Below, one piece after another: positions 51,421 to 63,570 of a stretch of DNA of 64,000 bases (positions within the stretch are counted from its first letter, which is position 1; the number at the start of each line of letters is the position of its first letter). Location: contig NC_057756.1 in assembly GCF_004010195.1 (NCBI RefSeq), positions 2,606,776 to 2,670,775 of the forward strand, in the 5' to 3' direction. The DNA comes from Chiloscyllium plagiosum (taxonomy: Eukaryota). The position numbers and the translations under genes were made by a program. The notes beneath the pieces are model-generated. The model saw only the letters and a program-made list of their open reading frames with translations, made no database searches and had not been told where the DNA came from.

Positions 51421-54040
51421 TACTGGGCTGGAACTAACGTTATAGGGAGTGCTTTTGCTAATGCTTTGGGGAGGGTATAAACTAATGTGGTAGGGAAATG
51501 GGACCTAAATGAGGAAATTAGTGGCAGCAACGGTGTGCTAACTGAAGTCAGTAAGGCTTGAGATAAACAAATCAGCGTTACAAAGGCGAGGAGTAAGCAA
51601 GGAGCAAATGGGACAGGTGGTCTTAAGTGCATTTGTTTCAATGCGAGACATTGAGTAGGTAAGGCAGATCAACTAAGAGCTTGCTTTAGCAACAGGGAGC
51701 ATGATGTTATTTCTATTCGTGAAACTTGGTTGAGGGGAGGGCATGATTTGCAAATACATACCGCCGGATATAGATGACTCAGGCAGGTGAGAGAGGGAGA
51801 TGAAAGGAGTGGACTAGTTACATTACTGGTCAGAGAAAATAGCGTAGCTGTGCTCAAGGAGTGCACTATGGTGGACTGGAGCAGTGAGAAAATGTGGAAA
51901 TAGCTCACAAATAGGAACGGACAGAATAGTAAAAAATCCGTAACAATGCAGTAACGATGTTGGGGTTGTGCAATAGGACACCTTACAACGAGCTTGAGAT
52001 AGACATGCAAGTATGTGAAAGATATACGAGCAACAGGGTGATGGGAATAGGAAATTTCAATTATCCTCACATTGAATGGGATTCAGTTACTACTGGTGCT
52101 TTAGGTGGAGGAGACTTTGGAAGGAGGATCCATGAGGCGTTTATGTAATTAGTTCATACTGGGAAGGGGCCATACTGGACCTGTTGTCGGCTTGTGAGCC
52201 CAGCCAAGCAGTTGAAGTTTCAGGGGATCACTGTGGGAATATTGATCAGAATTATGTACGTTTTAGAAGTCATGGATAACGATGAAAATGGTCCTAAAAT
52301 AAGAATGGTAAATTGGGGGAAAGCTAACCATTGCAAAATCCGGTGCTAACTGGGCAATGTGGATCTGCAACAGCGATTTGAGGGTAAATCCATATTTGAT
52401 ACATGGAAGGCTGACAAAGAGAGGTTGATTAGAGGATAGGACACACATATTCCTGTGAAAAGTCAGGATTAGGAAACTATGGACGACAGGTGAAATTGTG
52501 ATACTCCTCAAGAGGTAAAAGAAAGCACAAATAAGGAGTAGGCGACTGTAAACAGACAAAGCCTTCGAAGTAGTTTGGCTAGATAGGATCAACCTGAATC
52601 GAGAACTTAAGAGGGCTGAAAGGGGTCATGAAATATTTTTTCGCAAACAGGGTTAAGGAATACCCCAAAGCCTTTAACTCGTATATAAAGAGCAAGAGGG
52701 TAACAAGAGAAAGAGATGGCACACTCAAGAGCAAAGGAGGAAAGTTATGCGTGGAGTCAGAGAAACTGGTTGAGCTCGTAAGTGATATTTTGCATTGGTA
52801 TTCACCAAGGAGGGGACCATTACGGATGTTGAGATCAGGGAAAGATATTTAATTACTCCACGTCAATTCGGCATAAGAAGGGAGGAAGTGTTGGGCATTC
52901 TAAAAGGTATTAAGGTGTACAGTTCCCCAAGTCCGAACGGGATCACTCCAAGGTCAATAAGACAAGCGAAAGATGAAAAAGTTGGGGCCTCAACAGATAT
53001 CATTGCAGCGTCCTTGAACACGGATGAGATCCCGGAGGATGGAGAATTGCTAATGTTGCGCTCTGTTTCAGAAGTGTAGCAGGGATAAACCAAGTCATTA
53101 TGTGCTAGTGAGCCTGACGTCAGTGGTAAGTAAATTGCTGGATAATCTACTCACATTTGGGAAAAAGATGGGCTTATCAATTATACACAACATTGTTTTG
53201 TGAAGGGAAAATCATGTCTTATATAATTGCCGAAATTCTTTATGCAATGATAAAGTCGATTGATGAGGGAAGAGCTGCAGATATCATATACATGGACTTC
53301 AGTAAGACATTTGATAAACTTCTGCATGGTGGGCTGATGGAGAATTTGAAGTCACATGGTGTCCAGGGTGTACTGACTACATGTATAGAGCACTGGCGGA
53401 ACAGCAGGAGACAGAGAGTAGAAGTGAAAATGAGTTTCTCAAAATGGATAACTGTGAGCAGCGGTGTTCAACAGGGATCCGTGATGGCGCGCTGTGTTTG
53501 TGAAACACATAAATCATCTGTAAGTTTAGATTCTCTAATTAGCAAGTTTGCAAATGACACTAAGACTGGTGGAGTAGAATGTAGTGAACGGGATTGTCAG
53601 AGAATGCAGCAGAATATAGATATATTGAAGCGTTGGACAGAGAAATGACAGTGGCAGTTTAGTACTGGCATATGTGAGGTAATACATTTTGGAACATCCA
53701 CTTCAAGAGCAAACATTTCATGCAAACATGCAAACGTCCTGGGGAAAATCATGCACAAATAGATCTCGCTGTGCAAGTTATTGCACCTGAAAGGTGGCAT
53801 CGGAGGTCAATAGAGATTTCAAGAAGAAATATGGCATGCTTACCTTCATCAGATGGGGTATTGAGTACAAGAGTTGACAGTTCATGTCACAGTCATGTTG
53901 GTGTTTGTTTCGGCCACATTCAGAATTCTGTGTGTCGTTGCAGCGGCAGCATTACCAATAGGATATTGGAGCATTTGAAAGAGTGCAGAATACGGATGTT
54001 GCCTGGAAGGAGTGTTTTCGCTATGAAGAGAGGTTTAGTA
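51421..54040 (+). mobile_element. Longer decayed CR1-clade LINE: end of ORF1, APE endonuclease and RT
   Basis: LKCICFNAR (~51622), SIRETWL, GNFNYPHIEW, SPSPNGITPR, DIIYMDFSKTFDKLLHG, SGVQQGSV and SKFANDTK; frameshifted. Confidence 0.88.
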
Positions 54041-54469
54041 TTGTTCAAAATACGAAAGAGATGGCTTTTCAACATGTTTGGTAGGTAATGCTGACGGTTT
54101 GTTTCTGGTGCCAATGATAGATTACGTGCATCGAATTCTTGACGAAAAATGTTTTATTGATTTTTAAAGGTATTTTAGCAGTTTAATGAAATGTGAGGAC
54201 AGCTGGATGTCTGACTCATAAGAGAGCAACTGGAAATTATTGTGTGGAAAACATGTTTGAAGTTTAGGATTCCCTTAACACACACAAGAGTAAGAGGTGA
54301 CTGAATAGGTTTGAAAGCTTGTAGATAGGCATAAATGTCAGCTTACTTTTCTTTGTAGTTACTCTTCATTATGTGCTGCACAAAAGTGAATGAATTCAAA
54401 TTGAGAAAGAAACTAGCTGATGGATGAATGGATGAAATGTATCCCTCTGCTCGTTGCCAAAGTATGCAT

Positions 54470-54720
54470 CTGTCTAGACACATTTTGAATGACACAATCG
54501 TGCCCACCATTCACCACCCCTATTTGCAACGCATTTCAGACAACCGCTACCCTTTGTGTAAAGAACTGTACACGTATATCTCCCTTAAACTTTTCCCCTC
54601 TTACTTTGAAATGGTGAACCCTGGCACGGTGGGAAAAAAAAATGCTTCTTCTTGTCCAACCGGTCGAGGCCTTCCATGATTTTGTAGACCTGAATCAGTT
54701 AACAGTACAACCTTCGTCCT
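54470..54720 (-). mobile_element. Degraded CR1-like 3' fragment
   Basis: CCCTTTGTGTAAAGAAC..TCCCTTAAACTTTTCCCCTCTTACTTTGAA..CCATGATTTTGTAGACC resembles the minus-strand CR1 ends at 17770 and 33400. Confidence 0.55.
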
Positions 54721-55077
54721 TTAAATTAAAATCTGGCATTGCGATAATTGCCAGTATCCAGGATATGTACATTGATCAAGCAAAACTACGGTCTTGACAA
54801 AGAGTTTAACCCTGGGTATTCGAAAACTGCATGCACACATTTGTCACATAAATCACAAAATTGATCCATTGAATGATTATAATCTATATAGAATGATATA
54901 TATCCTGGTGTATTTAGGTCATGAAATGGAAGTCAACATTCAGATACAATGAAATTCTGCTTTCGGATGTTGGCAAATGCATTGCACTATACTCCCTACT
55001 ACTGTCACTGTACACAACTAATTGGGAATCCAAAACTGCCTACTTCCGTATTTGTTCTCTACAGTTGCACGTTACAG

Positions 55078-55098
55078 CGTTCAGATAATGTCAAAAAG
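55078..55098 (+). pseudogene. Dead type D micro-exon (donor GT>CT and in-frame TAA)
   Basis: gttacag|CGTTCAGATAATGTCAAAAAG|ctgaga. Phase 1 reads A-F-R-stop. Confidence 0.75.
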
Positions 55099-57050
55099 CT
55101 GAGAACTCTGAAACACTGTAGTGACTCTGCATCTTTAATGCTGTAGAAATGCGCTTGAGGTAGAAAGTTCATACCTGTTATAGTGTGATGGAACTGAACT
55201 AATATATAATGAAGATATGTTTTAATCTAAAGAAACGCAATGCATAACAGGAGTCCAGTTGTTCTCTACTGACATAACATGAAAGATAAATTGCGAATCA
55301 GTCTGACTTCACAAATAGGAACAAATTATTGCACTTATGCAGTGCATTGCGATAATTGCCAGTATCCAGGATATGTACATTGATCACTTATTGTGAATAC
55401 TGTTATTGACCACAGCACACTCCTTCAAAACATTTCAAGAATCTAATACAGATCCAAAATCATGCAGTTATTTTAACCAAATGTAAGTGGGGTATTCCAG
55501 GAGGGATGCAACTTTTCAAACGTTTCATTTTTAGATGAAACAGAATTTATTTACAGACTGCTGAATTAAAAGCAAGCAAATGAAAACAGAAATTACAAGT
55601 ACAAATATTTGAAAACTGGACGGACATGATATCTCCAGCAATTTATCACACAACTGTTCTGATTTCCTCCAACATCCCATAAACACACCCCTACCTAAAA
55701 AAAGATTCAAACGCAGGTTATTAAAGGAGAGAGAGAGAGATTATAAAGAGGATCATTCAGGGATCACTGGATGAATCATATTTCCTTTTCTTTACCAGCA
55801 AACTCCTGAGGGTTCCCAGCAACAAATGAACCAAACTAGAAAAGAATCCCTGAACTAGGAGCACTCGTTACTCCGTCTCCATTGTACAAATGTTTGTTTA
55901 AAAAAAGTTCGAAAAGCCCTTTTCCCAGATTGTAGCCTGGAGCAGCAACAGTTAGACAGAATCAAAGTGGCCATAATCAGACAAAACGGAACTTCTGTCA
56001 TTTATGACCACTTGTATTGAAAAAAAAATCTGCACAAAACAAAATCTTGATAAAAGAGCAGCATCATCACAATATGCAGCAGATTGACAAGCTACATCAA
56101 TTCCCATCCTAAAGCATGATGAACGACACATGTTCTGCATGAAATGAGCAGTGAAATGAACACATCATTGTTTTTCCGATGGCCCAAACCATTTTATATT
56201 AGAAATTTGTCTATCCTCACAATATCCCTATTATCTACAGCCATGAACGTCGCACAGACATGAAAATCTATCCCATTTCGTTCACTAACTTCGATGCATT
56301 CAGCTATTCAAGTAAACAAACAACTGAAGAAGTAACAGCCAAGGTCGTTTCCCACGGGTAGGATAATCTAGAATTAGAAGACATAGGTGTCAGGTGACAG
56401 TGGAAGGTATAAAAAGGGACCGCTAAGCAACATATTCATGCAGAGTGCGTATAACGTAGGGATGGGCTGAAAGAGCAAATGGTGCAGGCTTTTGCAATTA
56501 CAACATTTCAACAGCATGTGAATGGACTTATGAATATGAAGAGTGTAGAGGGATCTGGGCCAAGTGCTGGCAAAAAATAGATTAGATTAGTTCATGATTT
56601 GTGATGGTTATGGATGAGTTTTAGCGGAGGATCTGTTTCTGTGCTATCCACCTCTCTGATCTGAAGAGACTGACCACGTTTACCCTTTATCAGTTGCTTT
56701 CATTTGCTTTATCTATCTTCTCATGACGAAAACAATTCATGTTCAAAAAGTTCATAAACCGATGATTTACACATTTGTAAACATTTTTATCGGCTATTTG
56801 AAAAAAAAGTTACATTCTTATTAATCTTACAGGCAATATTCTATGACAATACATGCTGTGGCAACTGTACCTTTTCTCAATCAACAATTCACCCGTCGTT
56901 GCATATTAATGATCACTGACATATAGTATTATCTTTCAGGCAAATATCACCTTACATAGTATGAACAACTCATAAACAAGCTCCTACACGTGTGTTCCAA
57001 TACAATGCAAATTTGATAAACTAGTAAACTTGTCAGTATGTATATTCCAG

Positions 57051-57550
57051 NNNNNNNNNNNNNNNNNNNNNNNNNNNNNNNNNNNNNNNNNNNNNNNNNN
57101 NNNNNNNNNNNNNNNNNNNNNNNNNNNNNNNNNNNNNNNNNNNNNNNNNNNNNNNNNNNNNNNNNNNNNNNNNNNNNNNNNNNNNNNNNNNNNNNNNNNN
57201 NNNNNNNNNNNNNNNNNNNNNNNNNNNNNNNNNNNNNNNNNNNNNNNNNNNNNNNNNNNNNNNNNNNNNNNNNNNNNNNNNNNNNNNNNNNNNNNNNNNN
57301 NNNNNNNNNNNNNNNNNNNNNNNNNNNNNNNNNNNNNNNNNNNNNNNNNNNNNNNNNNNNNNNNNNNNNNNNNNNNNNNNNNNNNNNNNNNNNNNNNNNN
57401 NNNNNNNNNNNNNNNNNNNNNNNNNNNNNNNNNNNNNNNNNNNNNNNNNNNNNNNNNNNNNNNNNNNNNNNNNNNNNNNNNNNNNNNNNNNNNNNNNNNN
57501 NNNNNNNNNNNNNNNNNNNNNNNNNNNNNNNNNNNNNNNNNNNNNNNNNN
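57051..57550. other. Assembly gap (500 N)
   Basis: Run of exactly 500 N, probably a placeholder length. Confidence 0.99.
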
Positions 57551-57943
57551 TGTGCAGCACCTAAAAGGTGTTATGATAGGAATTCTTACAATAAATAACA
57601 CAAATTGTTAAGTTTGAATTTGCAATGAAAGTAATTTAAATAGAATGCATACGTTTTGTTTCCATGCAGTACATTAAAAAAGTGAGTTAGGAGCTGTGCA
57701 GATAGCGAGAGATTCATTTTCTCATGGAAACGACTTGCAATATGAAAACGTGAAATATTTAGATTTGACTAAAGTATTGCTAAATTGCATTCCTCCATTT
57801 TTGTGCAAATTGCACTTTTGAATTCTATGACGGAAGTATGATCTTAGTAGCATTACTGTTAGTAAACATGGACGAAGGAAAACGTAGATTTTAAAAAATA
57901 AAACTTGTACAATTATTTTCTTTTTGTTATATTTTCCCTACAG

Positions 57944-57964
57944 CTATGAAGAAGCACATGGAAG
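57944..57964 (+). CDS. 21-nt heptad micro-exon type B (AMKKHME)
   Basis: attttccctacag|CTATGAAGAAGCACATGGAAG|gtgaga. Confidence 0.85.
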
Positions 57965-58679
57965 GTGAGACAAATTTTTTAAAATCTTTGCTAAGCGGAT
58001 GACAGCATTTGTTTTTCATCTAACCATGTTCAATCGCACATTAGATCCATTAATTTATCTCTGAGAAAGCTTATTGGTAGCACAAAGAGAGTACTGTTGT
58101 GGGTAGATGAATTGGATGAGAATCACATTTTATGCAATGATAGACAGAAACTTAAACTGGCATTTTTCCTCAGGAGAGAAAATTTGATATCGGAATGATG
58201 CAGCGAACGGTAGACTTAGAACGTATTGTCCAAGTATTAATTTTCAGGCTATATTGAAAACATGCTGGTCAGTTTGATGAGATTAAAAAAAAACATGCTA
58301 GTCGATTTGATTACATATGGTATTGATGTTGCAATGGAAATCCAGTGTTAACATTCTGGCCAATAAATGAGAAACTAAAAAAAAAACATACGTTCTGTAG
58401 TGAGTAACGCAAATGCATTACAGATCAAAACGATAAAAAGTAGTAATAAAGAGTGCTGGTCAATGAAATACAGGAAATATAAACAGCAGATAATTAACAA
58501 TTCGCAAAATTGTGTCAGAATTTATGTCACGATAGAGGGTATTAGAGAAAGGACCGTGCATCATTTTATTAGCATGGATCGAAACTTTGTACTTTTCCTT
58601 CAATAATGAAGGATGAATGGAATTCATGATATTTTAATATAGCAGAATATTATTGAAAGTGCCTTTGTTCATCTTGTAG

Positions 58680-58700
58680 AATTTGCAGCCAAAGAACCTG
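58680..58700 (+). CDS. 21-nt heptad micro-exon type A (EFAAKEP)
   Basis: ctttgttcatcttgtag|AATTTGCAGCCAAAGAACCTG|gtgaga. Confidence 0.85.
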
Positions 58701-59101
58701 GTGAGATAATGTGCAGCACCTAAAATGTGTTATGATAGGAATGCTTACAATAAATAACATATATTGTTCAGTTTGAATTTGCAATGAAAGTAATTTAAAT
58801 GGAATGCATATGTTCAGACTCCATGCAGTATATAAAAAAGTGAATACGGAGCTGTGCAGATAGCGAGACATTCATTTTCTCATGGAAACGAATTGCAATA
58901 TGAAAGCATGAAATAATGTAGATTTGGCTAAAATATTGCTAAATTGCATTCTTCTGTATTTGTGCAAATTTCACTTTTGAATTCTATGCTGGAAGTTTGA
59001 TCATTGTCGCATTGCTGTTAATAAACATGGACGATGGACAACATAGATTTTAAAAAATAAAATATGTACAATGATTTGCATTTTCTTTTTTTCCCCTACA
59101 G

Positions 59102-59122
59102 CTATGAAGGAGCGCATGGAAG
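59102..59122 (+). CDS. 21-nt heptad micro-exon type B (AMKERME)
   Basis: tttttttcccctacag|CTATGAAGGAGCGCATGGAAG|gtgaga. Confidence 0.85.
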
Positions 59123-59838
59123 GTGAGACTCATTAAAAAAAAAACTTTGGTAAGTGGATGGCAGCATTTGTTTTGTCATCTAATCATGTTCAATCGCACA
59201 TTAGATCCATTAATTTATCTCTGAGAAAACGGATTGGTAGCACAAAGAGAGTACTGTTGTGGGTAGATGAATTAGATGAGAATCACATTTTATGACATGA
59301 CAGACAGAAACCGAAACTGTCATTTTTCCTCCGGAGAGAAAATTTGATATCAGAACGATGCAGTAAACTCTAGACTTACAGCGTATTGTTCAAGTATTAA
59401 TTTTGAGGCCATATTGAAAACATGCTGGTCAATTTGATGAGATTAAAAAAAAACATGCTAGTCGATTTGATCACATATGATATTGATGTTTCAATGGAAA
59501 TCCAGTGATAACCTTCAGGCCGATACGTGAGAAACTGAAATAAAACATACGTTCTGCAATGAGTAACGCCAATGCATTTCAGATCAAAACGATAAAAAGT
59601 AGTAATAAAGAGTGCTGGTCAATGAAATACAAGAAACATAAACAGCAGATAATTAACAATTCTCAAAATTGTGTCAGAATTTATGTCACGATAGAGGGGA
59701 TTAGAGAAAGGATGGTGCATCATTTTATTAGCATGGATCGAAACTTTGTACTTTTCCTTCAATAATGAAGGATGGATGGAATACATGATATTTTGATATA
59801 GCAGAAAATTATTGTAAATGCCTTTGATCATCTTTCAG

Positions 59839-59859
59839 AATTTGCAGCCAAAGAAGCTG
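59839..59859 (+). CDS. 21-nt heptad micro-exon type A (EFAAKEA)
   Basis: gatcatctttcag|AATTTGCAGCCAAAGAAGCTG|gtgagt. Confidence 0.85.
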
Positions 59860-60260
59860 GTGAGTTAATGTGCAGATCCTAAAATATGCTGTGATACGAA
59901 TGCTTACAATAAATAACACAAATTGTTCAGTTTGAATTTGCAATGAAAGTAATTTAAAGGGAATGCATATGTTCAGACTCCATGCAGTACAAAAAAAAAG
60001 TGAGTTAGGAGCTGTGCAGATAGCGAGAGATTCATTTTCTCATAGAAACGAATTGCAATATGAAAGCGTGAAATAATGTAGATTTGTCTAAAATATTGCT
60101 AAATTGCATTCCTGTTTTTGTGAAAGTTTCACATTTGAATTCTATGCCGGAAGTATGAGCACTGTAGCATTGCTGTTGATAAACATGGACGATGGAAAAC
60201 GTAGATTTTAAAAGATAAAACATGTGCAATGATTTGCATTTTGTTATATTTTCCCTACAG

Positions 60261-60281
60261 ATATGAAGAAGAGCATGGAAG
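60261..60281 (+). CDS. 21-nt heptad micro-exon type B (DMKKSME)
   Basis: attttccctacag|ATATGAAGAAGAGCATGGAAG|gtgaga. Confidence 0.85.
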
Positions 60282-62499
60282 GTGAGACTTATTTTGAAAA
60301 AAATTTGATAAGCAGATGAGTGCATTTGTTTTGTCATCTAACCACGTTCAATCGCACATTAGATCCATTAATCTATCTCTGAGAAAACGTATTGGTAGCA
60401 CAAAGAGAGTATTGTTGTGGATAGATGAATTGGATGAGAATCACATTTTATGACATTTTTGCTCAGATGAGAAAATTTGATATCAGAACTATGCAGTGAA
60501 CTCTAGACTTACAGTGTATTGTCAAAGTATTAATTTTCAGGCCATGTTGAAAACATGCTGGTCAATTTGATGACATTAAAAAAATGCTAGTCGATTTGAT
60601 TACATATGGAATTATCGTGGTAATTCCACAAATCTGCGCCCATCGTCAATCTATTCATCAAATGCATCCTTAGTTAGATTGATGGTCAGAATAGTTTCGT
60701 TGATGTGAACTTACCAAACACTGAAGAAATGTAAAACACATTGAATTCCAACAACGAAAATCACAACAAGCATTCACAAGATCTTCGTACAGCTGACATC
60801 ACAAATGCCACAATCCAAACCACCTGTAGGTTGCGACACATAAATGGTGAAACCTTTGCACAGCAAGACTCATAACGATTTCGCCTTCTCCCTCATAGTC
60901 ATGCACTAAAAAAAACCGATTGAAATCTGAACTTCAAGATAACTGAAGCAATCAGCACTGGAACGTTATGTTTCTTGGACACAAGACGAATTTCACGGTG
61001 TGCAAAATATTGCCACAGACTCATCAGGGAAGTTATTATGTGTATATGCAAATTGATGCATTAGCGAATTCTCACTCTACACTCTCATTCAAACAGCAAT
61101 GTACAGGCGCATCCAACAACTTGCTCCCAGTTGCCTATTGCTTTTACGCTTAACAGTTTATGCAACAGAGAAATAGTGCTACTCACCACCCATTCAATCA
61201 GACGTAAATGATTCTTGGTACACTTTTTTCTAGACCTTCAGTGCCCATTTCTACTTTACTATCTTTGAACAAGGATGCATTTATTTGAATTCCTACAGCC
61301 AATGTATTTATTACTATGTCCAGGAACGATGCTAATTTCTCATCTACAACACGTATACATTACGGAGCACATTATTACTGTACTTCTCAGTCATCTGTCA
61401 ACCACTGCTACCATCTACCAGCAGAGCGATTAAGTGAACTACCTTGATTCAACATCATCAATTTTTCTTTCAATCTATCTCTGTTGAAATCTGCATTCTG
61501 TTGGTCATATAACACATTCAAACCTTCATTTGCAGAGCACCGTTTCTCAACACATCAGTGTGCAAAAATTTCGTGTCTCAGTTTCTGTCAAGTTGACTTC
61601 TAAAAATGTTAATATCTGTTTCATCTTCAAGGAAAACAGAAAGAAGTAACATCAGAAAGCGTGTGTTGTCTATTCAGCCATTCTTTCTGAAATGCCATCC
61701 AATTTGAGGAGCATTCGAGTTTGGATGCGATCTGAAATGAACAACAAATGAATGATGATTGGAATGAATATATGGAAGAATGTACTCTAAGATCTACACA
61801 TCATCCCACTTCGGACAATATTCAGAAACTCTCTTTTCTTTGAAAAAAAAACACAAATTTTGTTCACGTGGAATTCATGACATGCAGAACTTTGTGTTTC
61901 AGATTTTTTAATGTTGTTTTAATACAGGCTTAACTTTAGTTCAGAAGGATAAACAGAACACCAAATAATGCACTTTATGTAATAAAATGGTTGCTATAGT
62001 GGATAGTCAAGACTATTATCTAAGTGTGGCATGGTATCTTGATGGGAGGTGTCGATGGGCCAAAAAGTTGTCAAAGATATTTAATTTAGATAAACTCGTT
62101 GAGATGCATTTTTAAGTCAACTCAAATCATAGTTAATGGAAAGCTCTGAAGAGTGTTCTGGGGACTCAGGCACATATTTCCTTAAAAGAGGTACCACAGT
62201 TTGGCGATGAGCCATTTGGCATTCCTGCCTTTATTCATCCAAGCATCATGTATAGGTTTTGGAGAGACATTTGCGCGCTCACATGTGGAATAGTGCAGAT
62301 AGCCCTGTTGTAGAAAGAATTTTATTCGAACTGAAAGTGTGCAGAATATAAAACAATGTTTCTCCCGGTACTACAGGGCATGAGTGTTTGGTGAGGTTGG
62401 ATTGGCTGTGATTTGTTCCCTGGAAAGTTAAGGGTTGCAATTCTACATGTTTATAAATCCAAGAGGAAAACAGATACGGTGAATAACAACGAGGTACAA

Positions 62500-62955
62500 A
62501 ACATGCGTCCAGACCTCCCCGCTCACTTCCATCCAATGCCCAAATGGATACTTCCACATGCCGTAGAGATTTTCCTGCACTGCCACTAGCTTCATGTTCG
62601 GTGTCCATTACAGTTCTTGGGTCTCCTCTACATGGGTAGACAGAATGCTTACTTGCAGAGCATTTCAAAGAACATCTCTGAGATAAAAAAGCCACCACAT
62701 TGTTGCCAATGTCTGTCATTCCTCTTCAAACTCAGTTAAAGAAATGCAAGTCCTGGGCCCCCTCCACTGCCTAACTCTAGACACGTGACGCCTAGAGGAA
62801 GAACTCCTCATTTTCTGCCTTGGGACTCTTCAAACACACGGAATCAATATTGATTTCATCAGTTTCCTCATTTCCGCTCTTACCGTCTTATCCTGGATTC
62901 AATATTCCAACTTGGCATTTCCGAATTGATCCTGCATTCTCTCATGCGATCATCA
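62500..62955 (+). mobile_element. Penelope-like element fragment (GIY-YIG endonuclease C-terminal part)
   Basis: Frameshifted GLLYMG..LLAEHFKEHL (~62620-62680) and RLEEELLIFCLGTLQTHGINIDF (~62789-62857), a characteristic PLE C-terminus. Confidence 0.75.
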
Positions 62956-63570
62956 ACTGTTGGATTTGGAACGGCATTTGCGAGGCCTGTTTTTGGAGTA
63001 CTGAATGTAGCCCTGCTGTAGGGAGGGCATTGTGACATTCCCAAATGTGCAAAAATATAAATGCATGGTTTCTTCTTGGACTACAGGAAGTCTTATAATG
63101 AGAGGTTGGTTTAGATGAGATTTGTTCCCAGGAAGGTACAAGGTTGAGGGGTGACATTATACGTGTGTATTAATTTCAGAATTTAATAGTGAAGATAAAT
63201 GAACAAGGCTCTTTCCCTCTACAGAGGAGTTCAAAATACGGGGAAACGTTTGAAATTGCAGACGGTGGTGAGCAAATGACAATAACTGTTGCATGAAGTG
63301 ATAGATGCCGGCAGAATTATATTATGTTAAACACAATTGGTCAAGTACACAAAGAGATGAGGGTTAAGGGGATTTTGGCCAACCACAGGTGATGGGAGAG
63401 ACTTACTTTCAGATACCTGATATCAGGTGGACAATTCGGATTGAAGATTATGATCCATTCTGTATTTCTCCAGGATCCTATGAACTTATCATTAAAAAAG
63501 GATGTTGATAATTGATTTTGCTTCCAGTTTAACATATGATTTTATTTAGTGTTCGATTTCACTGTTGCAG

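Larger units (their letters stand above)
57551..60610 (+). repeat. Young ~1159-bp tandem repeat (at least 2.6 copies) containing micro-exons A and B only
   Basis: TGTGCAG(C/A)(A/T)CCTAAAA starts at 57551, 58710 and 59869. B exons are spaced 1158 and 1159 bp, A exons 1159 bp. The near-identical spurious ORFs at 58400 and 59559 show how similar the copies are. Confidence 0.95.

Noticed and set aside
56984..57611. Four long ORFs of 175-205 aa
   Set aside because: Artefacts of translating the 500-N gap.
58400..59765. Near-identical 68-aa ORFs at 58400 and 59559 as duplicated small genes
   Set aside because: Non-ATG starts in intron sequence of the 1.16-kb repeat; no recognisable motif, and not conserved as ORFs in the older units.
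57551..60610. Regularly spaced short conserved segments as a CRISPR-like array
   Set aside because: Eukaryotic context; the spacers are homologous to each other and the conserved segments have splice signals.
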